A stretch of 64,000 nucleotides of DNA from an uncultured Candidatus Saccharibacteria bacterium (GCA_964617735.1 CAZTXT010000001.1:395589-459588); one strand, 5' to 3'. Positions 37,978-47,740 are shown, counted from the stretch's first letter. Notes: a model not told the origin generated them from the sequence alone. Program-made: numbers and translations.

Positions 37978-38036
37978 TGCGGGATCGTCTAAGGGTGGGA
38001 ATGAAAGATGCACTGCTGCATCTTTCATCCGGTTTC
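37978..38036 (+). pseudogene. tRNA-Gln 5' fragment (15 nt identical to the 38067.. gene) fused to a 10-bp hairpin terminator
   Basis: tgcgggatcgtctaa then gaaagatgca-ctgc-tgcatctttc + ATCCGGTTTCTTTG. Confidence 0.5.
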
Positions 38037-38046
38037 TTTGAAAATT

Positions 38047-38157
38047 GTCGTTGTGACACACACTCCTGCGGGATCGTCTAATGGTAGGACACGGGCCTTT
38101 GGAGCCTGGTATCTTGGTTCGAATCCAAGTCCCGCAGGAGTGTGTGTGATCGACAAT
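38047..38157 (+). repeat. Inverted repeats flanking tRNA-Gln (extended precursor stem)
   Basis: Upstream gtcgttgtgacacacactcc and downstream ggagtgtgtgtgatcgac are reverse complements abutting both tRNA ends. Confidence 0.55.
38067..38137 (+). tRNA. tRNA-Gln (anticodon TTG), U1:A72, discriminator G73
   Basis: TGCGGGA TC GTC-TAATGGTAG-GAC A CGGGC CTTTGGA GCCTG GTAT CTTGG TTCGAAT CCAAG TCCCGCA G. Confidence 0.75.
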
Positions 38158-38200
38158 AGGGGTCTTTGGAGTCGAATCCAAGTCCCGGCCAATTTTTAGG
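38154..38200 (+). repeat. tRNA-Gln-derived fragment (anticodon-arm piece joined to T-arm/acceptor piece) + T-run
   Basis: ggggtctttggag-tcgaatccaagtcccggcc matches gggcctttggag...ttcgaatccaagtcccgca of the tRNA with an internal deletion; followed by AATTTTTAGG. Confidence 0.4.
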
Positions 38201-38243
38201 TAAGTTCCTGCTCTTGAGAGTCTGCATGATAGAATGGAACAAA

Positions 38244-38744
38244 ATGAATAAAAGTAAGAAAAGAATGATTATCGGTGTTATGGGTCCTGGAGAAAAGCAT
38301 GCTCGAGAGGATGACATGCCTTATGCCTACGAGGTTGGCAAACTTATCGCACGAAATAATTGTACCCTTCTCTGTGGGGGTATGACGGGAGTTATGGAAA
38401 TGAGCGCAAAGGGTGTACACGAAGAAGGGGGATTGGTTGTTGGAATTAGTCCGACAGGAGATAAGAAGGATATGAACGAGTACGTTGATATACCCATCAT
38501 CACCGGAATGGGTCCGGGTAGAAATTATATGAATATTCTCTCCTCGGATGTTTTGATATTCATTGGTGTGGCTTCGCCCGGCACCCTTTCTGAATTGGCA
38601 TTTGCAATTCAGTTAGCCAAACCCACGTTTGTTCTTAAAAGCAATCCAGATCTCAAAAAGTACGTTCAGCAAGAATTGAAATCAGAACAAGTTGTTTTTG
38701 TTGATACCTTAACTGATTTGGCAGAAAAATTAAGATTATCCTAA
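38244..38744 (+). CDS. LOG/TIGR00725-family Rossmann-fold protein (lysine-decarboxylase-like), in an AT-rich islet
   Basis: MIIGVMGPG, LLCGGMTGVMEMSAKG, GVASPGTLSELAF motifs; GC clearly below the flanking genes. Confidence 0.6.
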   Translation: MNKSKKRMIIGVMGPGEKHAREDDMPYAYEVGKLIARNNCTLLCGGMTGVMEMSAKGVHEEGGLVVGISPTGDKKDMNEYVDIPIITGMGPGRNYMNILSSDVLIFIGVASPGTLSELAFAIQLAKPTFVLKSNPDLKKYVQQELKSEQVVFVDTLTDLAEKLRLS

Positions 38745-38915
38745 AAGGTTCTCTTATAATTCCCACAGCCACCTAGTTTAGTATCGATAGACCTAGACGG
38801 ATCTATTGGTGAGCGAGAACTGTTGAAATTATTCTAGCGGATTTCTTTTGTGGATAATCGAAAAGCAGAAAATCACTTTTTATAAAAATCATAATTTTGT
38901 TTTATAATATATTTT

Positions 38916-40157
38916 ATGTCATCTAACCTCCAGTCTTCTGAAATAAAATGGCGGCACATGCTGAATAAAGTCCCGGAAATTACTCTCTGGTTCTGGTTCA
39001 TTAAGGTCATGTGTACGACCGTCGGAGAAACGGCGGCGGACTATCTGAACGTCAATCTCAACTTCGGTCTCACCGGGACATCAATCGTCACTGGCGTGCT
39101 GCTTGCGATAGCTCTCATTTTCCAATTCAGGGCGAGAAAATATATTCCCGTAACCTACTGGCTTTCCGTGATGTTTATTAGCGTGTTTGGAACGCTGGTG
39201 ACTGATAATCTGACTGACAAGATTGGTGTGCCGCTTGAAACGAGCACTATTATTTTCAGTATTCTTTTAGCTGCCACCTTCTTGATTTGGTACTACTTTG
39301 AAAAAACACTCTCGATACACTCGATATTTACCAGAAGGCGCGAAGCATTTTACTGGCTCGCCATTCTCTTTACGTTCGCTCTTGGCACGGCCGCGGGAGA
39401 CCTTATGGCCGAAGGGCTCGGCCTCGGCTACGCGACGACCGGTTTTATTATCGCGGGACTTATCGCACTCCTTGCAATTGGCTGGCGGCTCAAGCTCAAT
39501 CCGGTCCTTTCATTCTGGCTCATCTACATTTTGACTCGGCCGCTCGGCGCTTCCATCGGCGATTATTTGTCACAGCCTTCTAAGTACGGTGGCCTAGGAC
39601 TTGGTGCAACAATCACAAGCTTTATCTTCGTAGGCGGTATTCTTGCTATTGTCACATACCTTTCGATCACCAAGAGAGATGTTATTGAGAAAGAAAAGAA
39701 GGTAGAGATCAAAATAGAAATCACTGAAGATCAAAGCAGGAGCGGCCTACTCCAAACCGCCATCGTGGTGACTGTGCTTGTGATCGCGGGGTTAGTTGGA
39801 TATCACATACGCCATGCTGCCCTCCAGTCGCCTACAGGAAATACGCAACCGAGTGTCACAAGCACATCCACTACCGCGCAATTATCACCACTTGGCGACC
39901 TTTCTTCGTTCAAAACAATTACCCAAGATACGCTTGATCTCCTCAGTGCCGGCAATCAATCCGGTGCCACGACTCGCATCGGAGATTTGGAATACGAATG
40001 GGACAACGCTGAAGCTAGATTGAAGCCGAAAGATCCGGCCACATGGACGACGATCGACAGTAAGATCGATACCGTCTTGCGCGAGCTTCGTGTGGTGAAT
40101 CCTAATGCGACGAGCGAGAAAACTGCACTCGAGGCATTACTGGCAGTGTTGAAATAA
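38916..40157 (+). CDS. Polytopic membrane protein with internal duplication, C-terminal soluble tail
   Basis: Repeated VGETAADYL...TDNLTD and TAAGDLMAEG...GASIGDYLSQ modules. Confidence 0.5.
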   Translation: MSSNLQSSEIKWRHMLNKVPEITLWFWFIKVMCTTVGETAADYLNVNLNFGLTGTSIVTGVLLAIALIFQFRARKYIPVTYWLSVMFISVFGTLVTDNLTDKIGVPLETSTIIFSILLAATFLIWYYFEKTLSIHSIFTRRREAFYWLAILFTFALGTAAGDLMAEGLGLGYATTGFIIAGLIALLAIGWRLKLNPVLSFWLIYILTRPLGASIGDYLSQPSKYGGLGLGATITSFIFVGGILAIVTYLSITKRDVIEKEKKVEIKIEITEDQSRSGLLQTAIVVTVLVIAGLVGYHIRHAALQSPTGNTQPSVTSTSTTAQLSPLGDLSSFKTITQDTLDLLSAGNQSGATTRIGDLEYEWDNAEARLKPKDPATWTTIDSKIDTVLRELRVVNPNATSEKTALEALLAVLK

Positions 40158-40169
40158 ATATAAAAAAGT

Positions 40170-40215
40170 GACACGCCAATATCTCGTCCTTGTGTCACTT
40201 TTGTAACTTTTTGAT
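40170..40215 (+). terminator. Rho-independent terminator
   Basis: gtgacac-(17 nt)-gtgtcac followed by TTTTGTAACTTTTTG. Confidence 0.5.
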
Positions 40216-40319
40216 GCGCTCGAGTCCGTTGTTTGGAGATGGTAAAATGTAACTAATCCGTCAAATAGAGTTTGACCACCCACGGTTTCATTTCAAGATC
40301 GACAAGGCTAATATTTTAA

Positions 40320-40688
40320 ATGAAAATGAAAACCACAAAGGGAAGACATCGGATTTATTCGGTCAGTTTTGCGCATATCTATCCCTATTATGTCGCCAAG
40401 GCGGAGAAAAAAGGACGTACGAAGGTAGAGCTAGACAAGATTATTCGTTGGCTGACCGGATATACTCCGAAGCAATTCAGGTCCCAATTAAAAAAGGAAA
40501 CTGATTTTGAGACATTTTATGGAAACGCTCCCAAATTGAATCCTCTACGAAAGAGGATTACGGGCGTGGTGTGTGGTGTACGAGTAGAAGAGATCAAAGA
40601 ACCCCTTATGCGAGAAATTCGATACCTGGATAAATTAATTGATGAATTGGCAAAAGGGAAACCTATGATAGAGATCTTACGAAAGTGA
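40320..40688 (+). CDS. DUF2200-like small protein
   Basis: 122 aa; pattern [31 protein letters not shown]. Confidence 0.45.
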   Translation: MKMKTTKGRHRIYSVSFAHIYPYYVAKAEKKGRTKVELDKIIRWLTGYTPKQFRSQLKKETDFETFYGNAPKLNPLRKRITGVVCGVRVEEIKEPLMREIRYLDKLIDELAKGKPMIEILRK

Positions 40689-40746
40689 TATCTTGGGTTC
40701 GGTGAAGATCGCGATCTTCACCGAACCCATTTGCTATACTGTCGGT

Positions 40747-41358
40747 ATGAGAAAAATCATCACTACGACATTCGTAACTTTAGATGGCGTGATGCAGGCT
40801 CCGGGAGGTCCAGAGGAAGACACGACCGGCGGGTTTGCCTATGGCGGCTGGCAACTATCGTATCCTTCGGACGAGATGATGGATTCCAAGTTGAGCGAAT
40901 TCATGAATATTCCGTTCGAGCTTCTCCTGGGCAAGACCACCTATGATATCTTTGCCGCGTACTGGCCCGGCGCGAAAACGAACCTCGAAGTGGCGAATCC
41001 ATTCAATAGGACAAAGAAATACGTCGTCTCGCATAAATCTTTTGAGCCCTCGTGGCGTAATTCTCTCTGTATCACCGGTGATGTGGTGACGCAGATCGAG
41101 AAACTTAAGCAGATGGAAACCCCTGATCTATGGGTGTGGGGTAGCGGGAACCTCATCCAGACATTGCTTAAACATCGTTTGGTAGATCGGATGCATCTGT
41201 GGATATATCCCATTACCTTAGGTTCTGGCAAGCGGCTTTTCGCAGAAGGAACTCAAGCAGAAGGCTTCAAACTTGTTGATTCCAAAATATCAAGCACCGG
41301 CGTCATTTTCGCTACCTACGAGCCGGGCGAGCTCAAATTATCGACCGTCAAGCCGTAG
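40747..41358 (+). CDS. Dihydrofolate-reductase-like (RibD C-terminal domain family) protein
   Basis: MRKIITTTFVTLDGVMQAPGGPEEDTTGGFAYGGW...DLWVWGSGNL. Confidence 0.6.
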   Translation: MRKIITTTFVTLDGVMQAPGGPEEDTTGGFAYGGWQLSYPSDEMMDSKLSEFMNIPFELLLGKTTYDIFAAYWPGAKTNLEVANPFNRTKKYVVSHKSFEPSWRNSLCITGDVVTQIEKLKQMETPDLWVWGSGNLIQTLLKHRLVDRMHLWIYPITLGSGKRLFAEGTQAEGFKLVDSKISSTGVIFATYEPGELKLSTVKP

Positions 41359-41459
41359 CATCAGTGAAGGGTCACCGAACCAACCCGCTTTTTACTTCGG
41401 AGCGATTCGTAGTAGACTATAGATGACTATCAGGTCGTTACTAATTTTATATAGAACCT

Positions 41460-42452
41460 ATGAATAAGAATTATTCGGTTATCGCGATCATTGGGATCGT
41501 GGTGATCGTCGGGGTGTTTTACTTTAGCAGCAGTAGGCCGTCCCTGCAGATGCCGTCGCAAAACCAGGGGAATACGTCTACCACCGGAAATACGGAAACA
41601 GGCGGCTCGGTGCCTGCGCCGGTGCAGTCCAAGAGTACTGGCCGTGTGGTCTTCTCGGTTTCTGACGAAGCAGTTGGACTCGACACGCTGCAATCGGTCC
41701 TGCTCACTATCAACGAGGTCTCTGTCCAGAGTCCGCAGAGCGGCTGGGTCAGTGTTTCAAAGACGCCGCGCACCTTCGATTTGCTTGCGCTCAAAAACAG
41801 CGGGCGCAATGAGCTTCTCTCCGACGTGAACCTCTCGGCCGGCACCTACAATCAGATCCGGTTGTCCATCGGGAAAGTAGTCGTGGTCCAGAAGAACGGA
41901 TTGAAAAACGTCGAAGCAAAGGTTCCCTCGCAGACGTTGAGATTCAATGCAAAGCTCGTTGTGGAGAAGGGCAAGGCATCGGGCGCTTCTTTTGATTTCA
42001 ACGCCGGCAAGGCACTGCACAGCACTGGCGAAGGGACACTCGTGTTCTTCCCTGTGTTCACAGTAGATACAGTGCATGGGGTTGGCAAAGTACAGATATT
42101 GGCGGGCAACGTCGAGCTGCTCAATGGCCTCCCTGATTTCGACCAGACCTTGGGCGTCGATGAAAATGGGAATCTGAAAGTAGGGTATTCTATCAACGCG
42201 GTCACGAAGATCGAGTTTATGGGGAAAGTGATCCACCTCATACCGATGGGCGAGAAACCTGAAGATATCAAGGTTAGTGCCCAGGCGGCGATCACTACGG
42301 CCATCAACGGCGGTTATATTACGAGTGCAACGTCGGTTCAAACCACGCTGCGCGAGAACAAGCGCGTTTGGCAGGTTGTGGGGGCCAAAGGAGGGACGGA
42401 TGTGACGGTGTATATTGATATCGCCACGGGTGCCGTGTTGGCGGTACAATAG
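41460..42452 (+). CDS. Membrane-anchored secreted protein (DUF4382-like)
   Basis: N-terminal TM, low-complexity linker, beta-rich domain. Confidence 0.4.
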   Translation: MNKNYSVIAIIGIVVIVGVFYFSSSRPSLQMPSQNQGNTSTTGNTETGGSVPAPVQSKSTGRVVFSVSDEAVGLDTLQSVLLTINEVSVQSPQSGWVSVSKTPRTFDLLALKNSGRNELLSDVNLSAGTYNQIRLSIGKVVVVQKNGLKNVEAKVPSQTLRFNAKLVVEKGKASGASFDFNAGKALHSTGEGTLVFFPVFTVDTVHGVGKVQILAGNVELLNGLPDFDQTLGVDENGNLKVGYSINAVTKIEFMGKVIHLIPMGEKPEDIKVSAQAAITTAINGGYITSATSVQTTLRENKRVWQVVGAKGGTDVTVYIDIATGAVLAVQ

Positions 42453-42458
42453 ACTATT

Positions 42459-43358
42459 ATGAAAAAAACAATCATTGCACTTGTTGTCGTTATCATCGTG
42501 GGTGTCGGTCTTTATTTCTGGTTCAAGAGCCCCTCTACTGAAATAACGGTCAACCCGAACAACGACCAGAGCACTGGAACGTCTTTGCAATCAAGCGAGT
42601 CCACGAGCACCCAATCATTCTTGCCTACCGAGGTTATCGGCAAATCCATCGAAGGACGCGACATTACGGTCTATCACTTCGGCACCGGCCCCAAAGAGAT
42701 ACTTTTTGTCGGAGGGTTGCATGGAGGCTATGAGTGGAATACCGCTCTCGTCGCCTATCAGCTCGTCGATTATCTCACCGCAAATCCCACTGCGGTACCG
42801 AGCGGTGAGGTGGTGACGGTCATACCCGTGACGAATCCCGACGGTCTCTATAAAGTTACCAAAAAAGATGGAAGGTTCACCGCGGCAGACGTCTCATCGT
42901 CTCAATTAATGCAGATTTCGGGACGGTACAACGCGAACACCGTAGACCTTAATCGCAACTTCGATTGTGATTGGCAGACGCAAGGAAAGTGGCAGACAAA
43001 GACCGTAAGCGGCGGTAGCGCCGCATTCTCCGAACCGGAGAGCAAGGCGATCCGCGATTATGTGCTCGCGCACACTCCGGCCGCGGTAGTGGTCTACTAC
43101 AGCGCCGTTGGCGGAGTATTCTCTTCAAATTGTCATGATGGCGTCCTACCCGAGACGGCGACGCTCACCAGCCTCTATGCGAGAGCTTCCGGATATCCCG
43201 CATACCAGGAATTCAATTACTATGAAATAACCGGCGACATGGTGAACTGGCTCGCGAAAGAGAAGATCCCTGCCATAAGCGTTCTCTTGACGAATCACAC
43301 CGACACCGAGTGGACCAAGAATCTTGCGGGCATCAAGGCAATCCTCCAATCTAAATAG
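42459..43358 (+). CDS. Membrane-anchored M14-like zinc carboxypeptidase-family protein (paralog A)
   Basis: VGGLHGGYEWNT, TNPDG, VDLNRNFDCDW motifs. Confidence 0.55.
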   Translation: MKKTIIALVVVIIVGVGLYFWFKSPSTEITVNPNNDQSTGTSLQSSESTSTQSFLPTEVIGKSIEGRDITVYHFGTGPKEILFVGGLHGGYEWNTALVAYQLVDYLTANPTAVPSGEVVTVIPVTNPDGLYKVTKKDGRFTAADVSSSQLMQISGRYNANTVDLNRNFDCDWQTQGKWQTKTVSGGSAAFSEPESKAIRDYVLAHTPAAVVVYYSAVGGVFSSNCHDGVLPETATLTSLYARASGYPAYQEFNYYEITGDMVNWLAKEKIPAISVLLTNHTDTEWTKNLAGIKAILQSK

Positions 43359-44252
43359 ATGCCCCCGTTTTCTCGAGGGCGACTGGTCGCTCTAGGACTC
43401 TTTTTGCTGGTGATCCTGGCAGGGGGCGCCTGGTTCTTTTTCCGCGCGCCCAAGCCTGCGCCCGTACCGGAAACCAAAACACGGGTCGTCGTATCTCCGG
43501 AAAGGACCATCGGCGCTTCGGTGGAAGGCCGTCCTATCAAGGCCTACACTTATGGGAGCGGGCCGACGCGGCTTCTCTTTGTCGGAGGAATGCATGGCGG
43601 GTATGAATGGAATAGCGTGCTGCTCGCGTACCGATTCATGGACTATCTGGATACTAACCCGGGCGAGATCCCTCTCAATCTCTCGATCACCGTCATTCCG
43701 GAACTCAACATCGACGGCGTCTACACCGTGACCCAGAAAGAAGGGCGATTTAACATCACCGACGTCTCGACGGATACATCGGTCGAGCGGGCAGGGAGAT
43801 TCAATGCTCACGGCGTAGACCTCAATCGCAACTTCGATTGCAAGTGGCAACCAAAAAGCACCTGGCAGAGTAAAACGGTCAGCGCCGGTAGCGCGCCATT
43901 CTCCGAACCCGAAGCTCAAGCACTCAAGAATTTTGTCCTTGCAGAGCATCCCGCCGGCGTCGTCTTTTGGCACAGCCAAGCCAACGCGGTGTATGCGTCA
44001 GAGTGCGAGCATGGGATACTCGCGGGAACTCGAGCGCTCATGGGAGCGTATGCGCATGCAGCCGGATATCCGGCAGTGGACTCGTTCGACGCGTATGCCG
44101 TAACGGGCGATTCCGAGGGATGGCTCGCTTCGATCGGTATTCCAGCGGTCACGGTGGAATTGAAGACCCATGAGACGGTAGAATGGGAGAAGAACCTCGC
44201 GGGCATCAAAGCTACCCTTGCGCTGTATTCAAATTCGCAAACGGCCTATTAG
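43359..44252 (+). CDS. Membrane-anchored M14-like zinc carboxypeptidase-family protein (paralog B, tandem duplicate)
   Basis: VGGMHGGYEWNS, VDLNRNFDCKW; clearly paralogous to 42459..43358; start abuts the previous stop. Confidence 0.55.
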   Translation: MPPFSRGRLVALGLFLLVILAGGAWFFFRAPKPAPVPETKTRVVVSPERTIGASVEGRPIKAYTYGSGPTRLLFVGGMHGGYEWNSVLLAYRFMDYLDTNPGEIPLNLSITVIPELNIDGVYTVTQKEGRFNITDVSTDTSVERAGRFNAHGVDLNRNFDCKWQPKSTWQSKTVSAGSAPFSEPEAQALKNFVLAEHPAGVVFWHSQANAVYASECEHGILAGTRALMGAYAHAAGYPAVDSFDAYAVTGDSEGWLASIGIPAVTVELKTHETVEWEKNLAGIKATLALYSNSQTAY

Positions 44253-44253
44253 T

Positions 44254-44541
44254 TTATAGGCGGAAATAAAAGACGGGGAAACATGCGGTAAGGCCAGCGA
44301 TGAGCTGTACCACGAGGACATAGAGCGCTTGTTTTGGTGCGCGCGGAAGCCACTTGGCTGCGAAAAAGAGAATGATGGGGAATTGTCCGGCTAAAAGGAG
44401 CTGGAACAGATGCGCCGCCGTACCCTCGTCCACTTCATGGACGATAGGGAAGGTATTCAAGAGAACAATCTCCATGGCAACAATGACCAGCGACATGGTT
44501 ATCGGAATCCACGCACTGGGTTTTTTGAGCAAGGAATTCAT
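44254..44541 (-). CDS. Small membrane protein
   Basis: 95 aa, 3 TM. Confidence 0.35.
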   Translation of the reverse strand: MNSLLKKPSAWIPITMSLVIVAMEIVLLNTFPIVHEVDEGTAAHLFQLLLAGQFPIILFFAAKWLPRAPKQALYVLVVQLIAGLTACFPVFYFRL

Positions 44542-44617
44542 ACTAGTATTATAACGTCTGAATCATCATAAAGATGACTTTTCTGTTTAGATGAGTAGAG
44601 TGGAGGCATTGGTATCA

Positions 44618-44908
44618 ATGAAGAAATATACATTTAAAACGAAAGTATGGCCATATCCGGGCATGGACGGATGGCACTTTGCGACGGTCCCGAAAAAACA
44701 ATCCGACATCATACGGACCAAGCATAAGGGAATGACGAAGGGATGGGGTTCTATTCCGGTTACGGCAACTATCGGCAAGACGAGCTGGAAGAGTTCGATC
44801 TTTCCGGAACGCAAGTCGGGTACCTACCTTCTCCCCTTAAAAGCGAAAGTGAGAAAGGCAGAAGGGATATTCGATGGCGACACGATAACACTCTCGCTCT
44901 CAATCTGA
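44618..44908 (+). CDS. DUF1905-domain protein
   Basis: MKKYTFKTKVW...WHFATVP; GGAGGC SD upstream. Confidence 0.5.
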   Translation: MKKYTFKTKVWPYPGMDGWHFATVPKKQSDIIRTKHKGMTKGWGSIPVTATIGKTSWKSSIFPERKSGTYLLPLKAKVRKAEGIFDGDTITLSLSI

Positions 44909-45495
44909 TGTCTCCCGCAAGGATAGTGGTCTATAACAGGGAGGATTTCCGCAAATGGCTTGCGAAAAATCACGACAAAGTAACGAAAGTCGCGGTGGTG
45001 ATGCATAAGCGCCATACGGGAAAACCGGCACCGACCCATCACGAGCTCATCGAAGAAGCGATCTGCTTCGGCTGGATAGACACGACCATCAAGCGCCTCG
45101 ACGAGCATACGTTCATGCGCAATTTTTCAAGACGCAATGAGAACAGCAAATGGAGCGACAACACGCTCTCCTATGCGCGCTCGCTCATCCGGCGGGGACT
45201 GATGACCCAGTGGGGCATGCATTTTTACCGGCAAGGCAAAGCGAAACCCACCCATGACCACGGTATCTCGAAGAACCCGAATATGCCCAAGGAGCTTAAG
45301 GCCGAGCTCTTGAGGGACAAGATCGCTTTCAAGAACTTCAAGAAATTGCCGCCATCTACAACACGGATGCTGTATCGTTGGATACTGCGTGGCGTTGCGC
45401 TAGAGACACGCATGAAGCGTATCAAACAGATAGTCGCACAGAATCGTGCTGATAAACGCAATTTCATCGGTGCAGCCGGAGCGGATAAGCAATAG
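44908..45495 (+). CDS. YdeI/OmpD-associated (bacteriocin-protection) family protein
   Basis: FRKWLAKNH...EAICFGWIDT pattern; TGATG overlap with the DUF1905 gene (these two domains are commonly fused). Confidence 0.5.
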   Translation: MSPARIVVYNREDFRKWLAKNHDKVTKVAVVMHKRHTGKPAPTHHELIEEAICFGWIDTTIKRLDEHTFMRNFSRRNENSKWSDNTLSYARSLIRRGLMTQWGMHFYRQGKAKPTHDHGISKNPNMPKELKAELLRDKIAFKNFKKLPPSTTRMLYRWILRGVALETRMKRIKQIVAQNRADKRNFIGAAGADKQ

Positions 45496-45517
45496 TTTTT
45501 TGTGATAGACTAGCGAA

Positions 45518-45880
45518 ATGAGGCTTATCGTTGATGTACGGGTCAAGGATTTGGAGAGAGCGGCGAGATTTTATACGGAAATGCTTGGTTTAGTTTGTCG
45601 CAGAAAAGAAAAAGATTGGGCGGCAATAACTGTAGGCAATGCCGAGATCCATCTGTATCTTGATGGCGGAATCTCGGGTGATGTAGAATTCTATGTTGAG
45701 GATATAGATTTGGAAGTAGAAAAATTGAAAAAGCGAGGCGTTGTTTTCATTTCGGGAGCAAAGAAGCCGAGAGCCCTTGGCGTGGACAAAAAACATATAA
45801 CGTTGTTTCCTTGGGGAAGAACAGCTTTTTTCAAGGATTCTGAGGGGAATGAATTGGCGTTGGTTAGGGATAATAAATAA
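45518..45880 (+). CDS. VOC/glyoxalase-family protein
   Basis: 120 aa, glyoxalase-like fold pattern. Confidence 0.5.
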   Translation: MRLIVDVRVKDLERAARFYTEMLGLVCRRKEKDWAAITVGNAEIHLYLDGGISGDVEFYVEDIDLEVEKLKKRGVVFISGAKKPRALGVDKKHITLFPWGRTAFFKDSEGNELALVRDNK

Positions 45881-45984
45881 AATGCTCGATACCAACTCAA
45901 ATCGATAGGGAGCGAGAGGTTGGTATGTCAAACAATAAAAAAGCCGCGTACTTTAGTACGCGGCTTTTGAACTCAAACCTCGTC

Positions 45985-46569
45985 TTATGGAGTGCGAGGT
46001 TGTACGTCCGGCACTGACACTCCGCGAGCCTGCGCGAAGCGCACGGGCGAGCGGAGTAGAAGCGTGCCGAAGAGAAGATCGGCGAGCGGAAGCACCACAT
46101 TGAAGTTGCGGTGCATATACCGATGGTGCAAGAGATGGTGCCCGTTGAGGCGGAAAAAGAGCCGGTTGCGCTCTATCAAGCGCCGCCGCGGGAGCGGTAG
46201 GTGCATGCACCAATGCAGGTATTCATACGCTCCGTAGTAGAGCGAGAAAATTACGGTAGAGGTGATGAACGTCCACCAGGCTCCAGCTGTGATGCTGATA
46301 ACGAGGAAAGGAAAGGCACCGACTGTGATCAGGACAGGTCCATTCCACCACGCCATGGGTATAGTTTGTTTGTCCTCGTCTCGCGCGAGGTGATACGTAG
46401 GATCCGCTTTGAAAATGCGGTGATGGGTGAGCGCATGTGTTCTAAAGGGATAATCGAAGCCGGGGAACGGCTTGTGCATAAACCAACGGTGTAGTCCCCA
46501 CTCGAAGAGCGAGGCATAAAGTGTGCACTCAAGCACGAAGGTAATAACTGAAGTAATGGTAATCATAAT
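45985..46569 (-). CDS. Fatty-acid hydroxylase/sterol-desaturase-superfamily membrane protein
   Basis: His boxes HRWFMH, HHRIF, HHLLHH; GGAGCG SD before the ATG (MITITSV). Confidence 0.6.
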   Translation of the reverse strand: MMITITSVITFVLECTLYASLFEWGLHRWFMHKPFPGFDYPFRTHALTHHRIFKADPTYHLARDEDKQTIPMAWWNGPVLITVGAFPFLVISITAGAWWTFITSTVIFSLYYGAYEYLHWCMHLPLPRRRLIERNRLFFRLNGHHLLHHRYMHRNFNVVLPLADLLFGTLLLRSPVRFAQARGVSVPDVQPRTP

Positions 46570-46740
46570 CGGTTCGCTCCATTTTATGAAGAACGTTCTC
46601 CTACCAGTGTAGCACCAACGTAAAGGTTCATTCACTAGTGGATAGTGCAAAAACTACTCATATAGGCTTCCTCCTTTGGGGTGGATATGGACTCTTGCAA
46701 ACGCCGAGCCTTCTTTATACTGTTATTGCGGAGGTATACT

Positions 46741-47250
46741 ATGCGAAATGATTGGACCGTTCCTTGTCTTTCAAAATCGGAGTTTCTCAAAAAGATCAGG
46801 CACTCATTTGGCTTGATCGAAGTGTTTCCCTCAAATAGTCACGGATACAAAGTCCGTAAGACCCATGATGGACGCGCTCTTGCTTTTAGCGCGTGGAGTC
46901 TCCTTGAGATTCGTGATTCTATCGTAAGCGACGATTGCGAGTGTCGAAGCTCCGGCGATGCGGCGCTCGTTATGATCATAAAAGCGATTGCGACGCAGTT
47001 TCATTCCGTTTTGCTTTTAAACCACGACGAGATCATCTCTTGGTCTAACGATCAAGAGCTCCGTTTTGTCCTTACCGCCATAGAGCGATGGAGCGACTCG
47101 TGCCTTAACGGCTCACCACTCGAATTATCACCCTGTTACAAGGAGTATAGTCACCGATTGCGTCTCCGTGAGTCTACCTTCGTGATCACCGGAGCGCTCT
47201 TTGGTGCCCTGCCCGCGCACAGTTTCGAGTACGCACTCCTATGCAATTAA
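46741..47250 (+). CDS. Hypothetical protein
   Basis: GGAGGT SD 5 nt before the internal ATG (MRNDWTV). Confidence 0.4.
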   Translation: MRNDWTVPCLSKSEFLKKIRHSFGLIEVFPSNSHGYKVRKTHDGRALAFSAWSLLEIRDSIVSDDCECRSSGDAALVMIIKAIATQFHSVLLLNHDEIISWSNDQELRFVLTAIERWSDSCLNGSPLELSPCYKEYSHRLRLRESTFVITGALFGALPAHSFEYALLCN

Positions 47251-47356
47251 TAAGAAACTCCCTCTCAACCGCGCTCTAAGCGCGGTTTTTTGTCGCTTCA
47301 TCTTTCATACACCATGTGTGCTATACTGTTGATTCATTATTAGTTAACGACTTACC

Positions 47357-47740
47357 ATGTCTAAACACAAAGTGGTCCATTTTGAGATTCCTGCGTCGGA
47401 TTTCAAGAAGGCCAAGGATTTCTATAGCACGGTATTCGGCTGGAAGATGGATATGTGGGGAGACGAGTATCTAATGGCGACGACTACCGAGGTAGACAAG
47501 AATCAGACGCCAACGGAGCCGGGCGGTATCAACGGCGGTTTTTACAAGCGTCCATCGAAAAGTGCGCAGCCGTCCATCGTTGTAGAGACCGACTCGATAG
47601 AAAAGACCTTACAGGCTGCAGAAAAAGCAGGTGGTAAGGCGACTCGCAAGAAAAGCCCAATCGGCGACATGGGCTTTATGGCAGAATTTACGGATCCTGA
47701 TGGTAATGAGATTAGTCTTTGGGAAAACGCTAAGAAATAA
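47357..47740 (+). CDS. VOC/glyoxalase-family protein
   Basis: 127 aa. Confidence 0.5.
   Translation: MSKHKVVHFEIPASDFKKAKDFYSTVFGWKMDMWGDEYLMATTTEVDKNQTPTEPGGINGGFYKRPSKSAQPSIVVETDSIEKTLQAAEKAGGKATRKKSPIGDMGFMAEFTDPDGNEISLWENAKK

Noticed and set aside
41757-42590. 277-aa minus-strand ORF
   Set aside because: Antisense to the DUF4382-like gene, which has a signal peptide and a good start.
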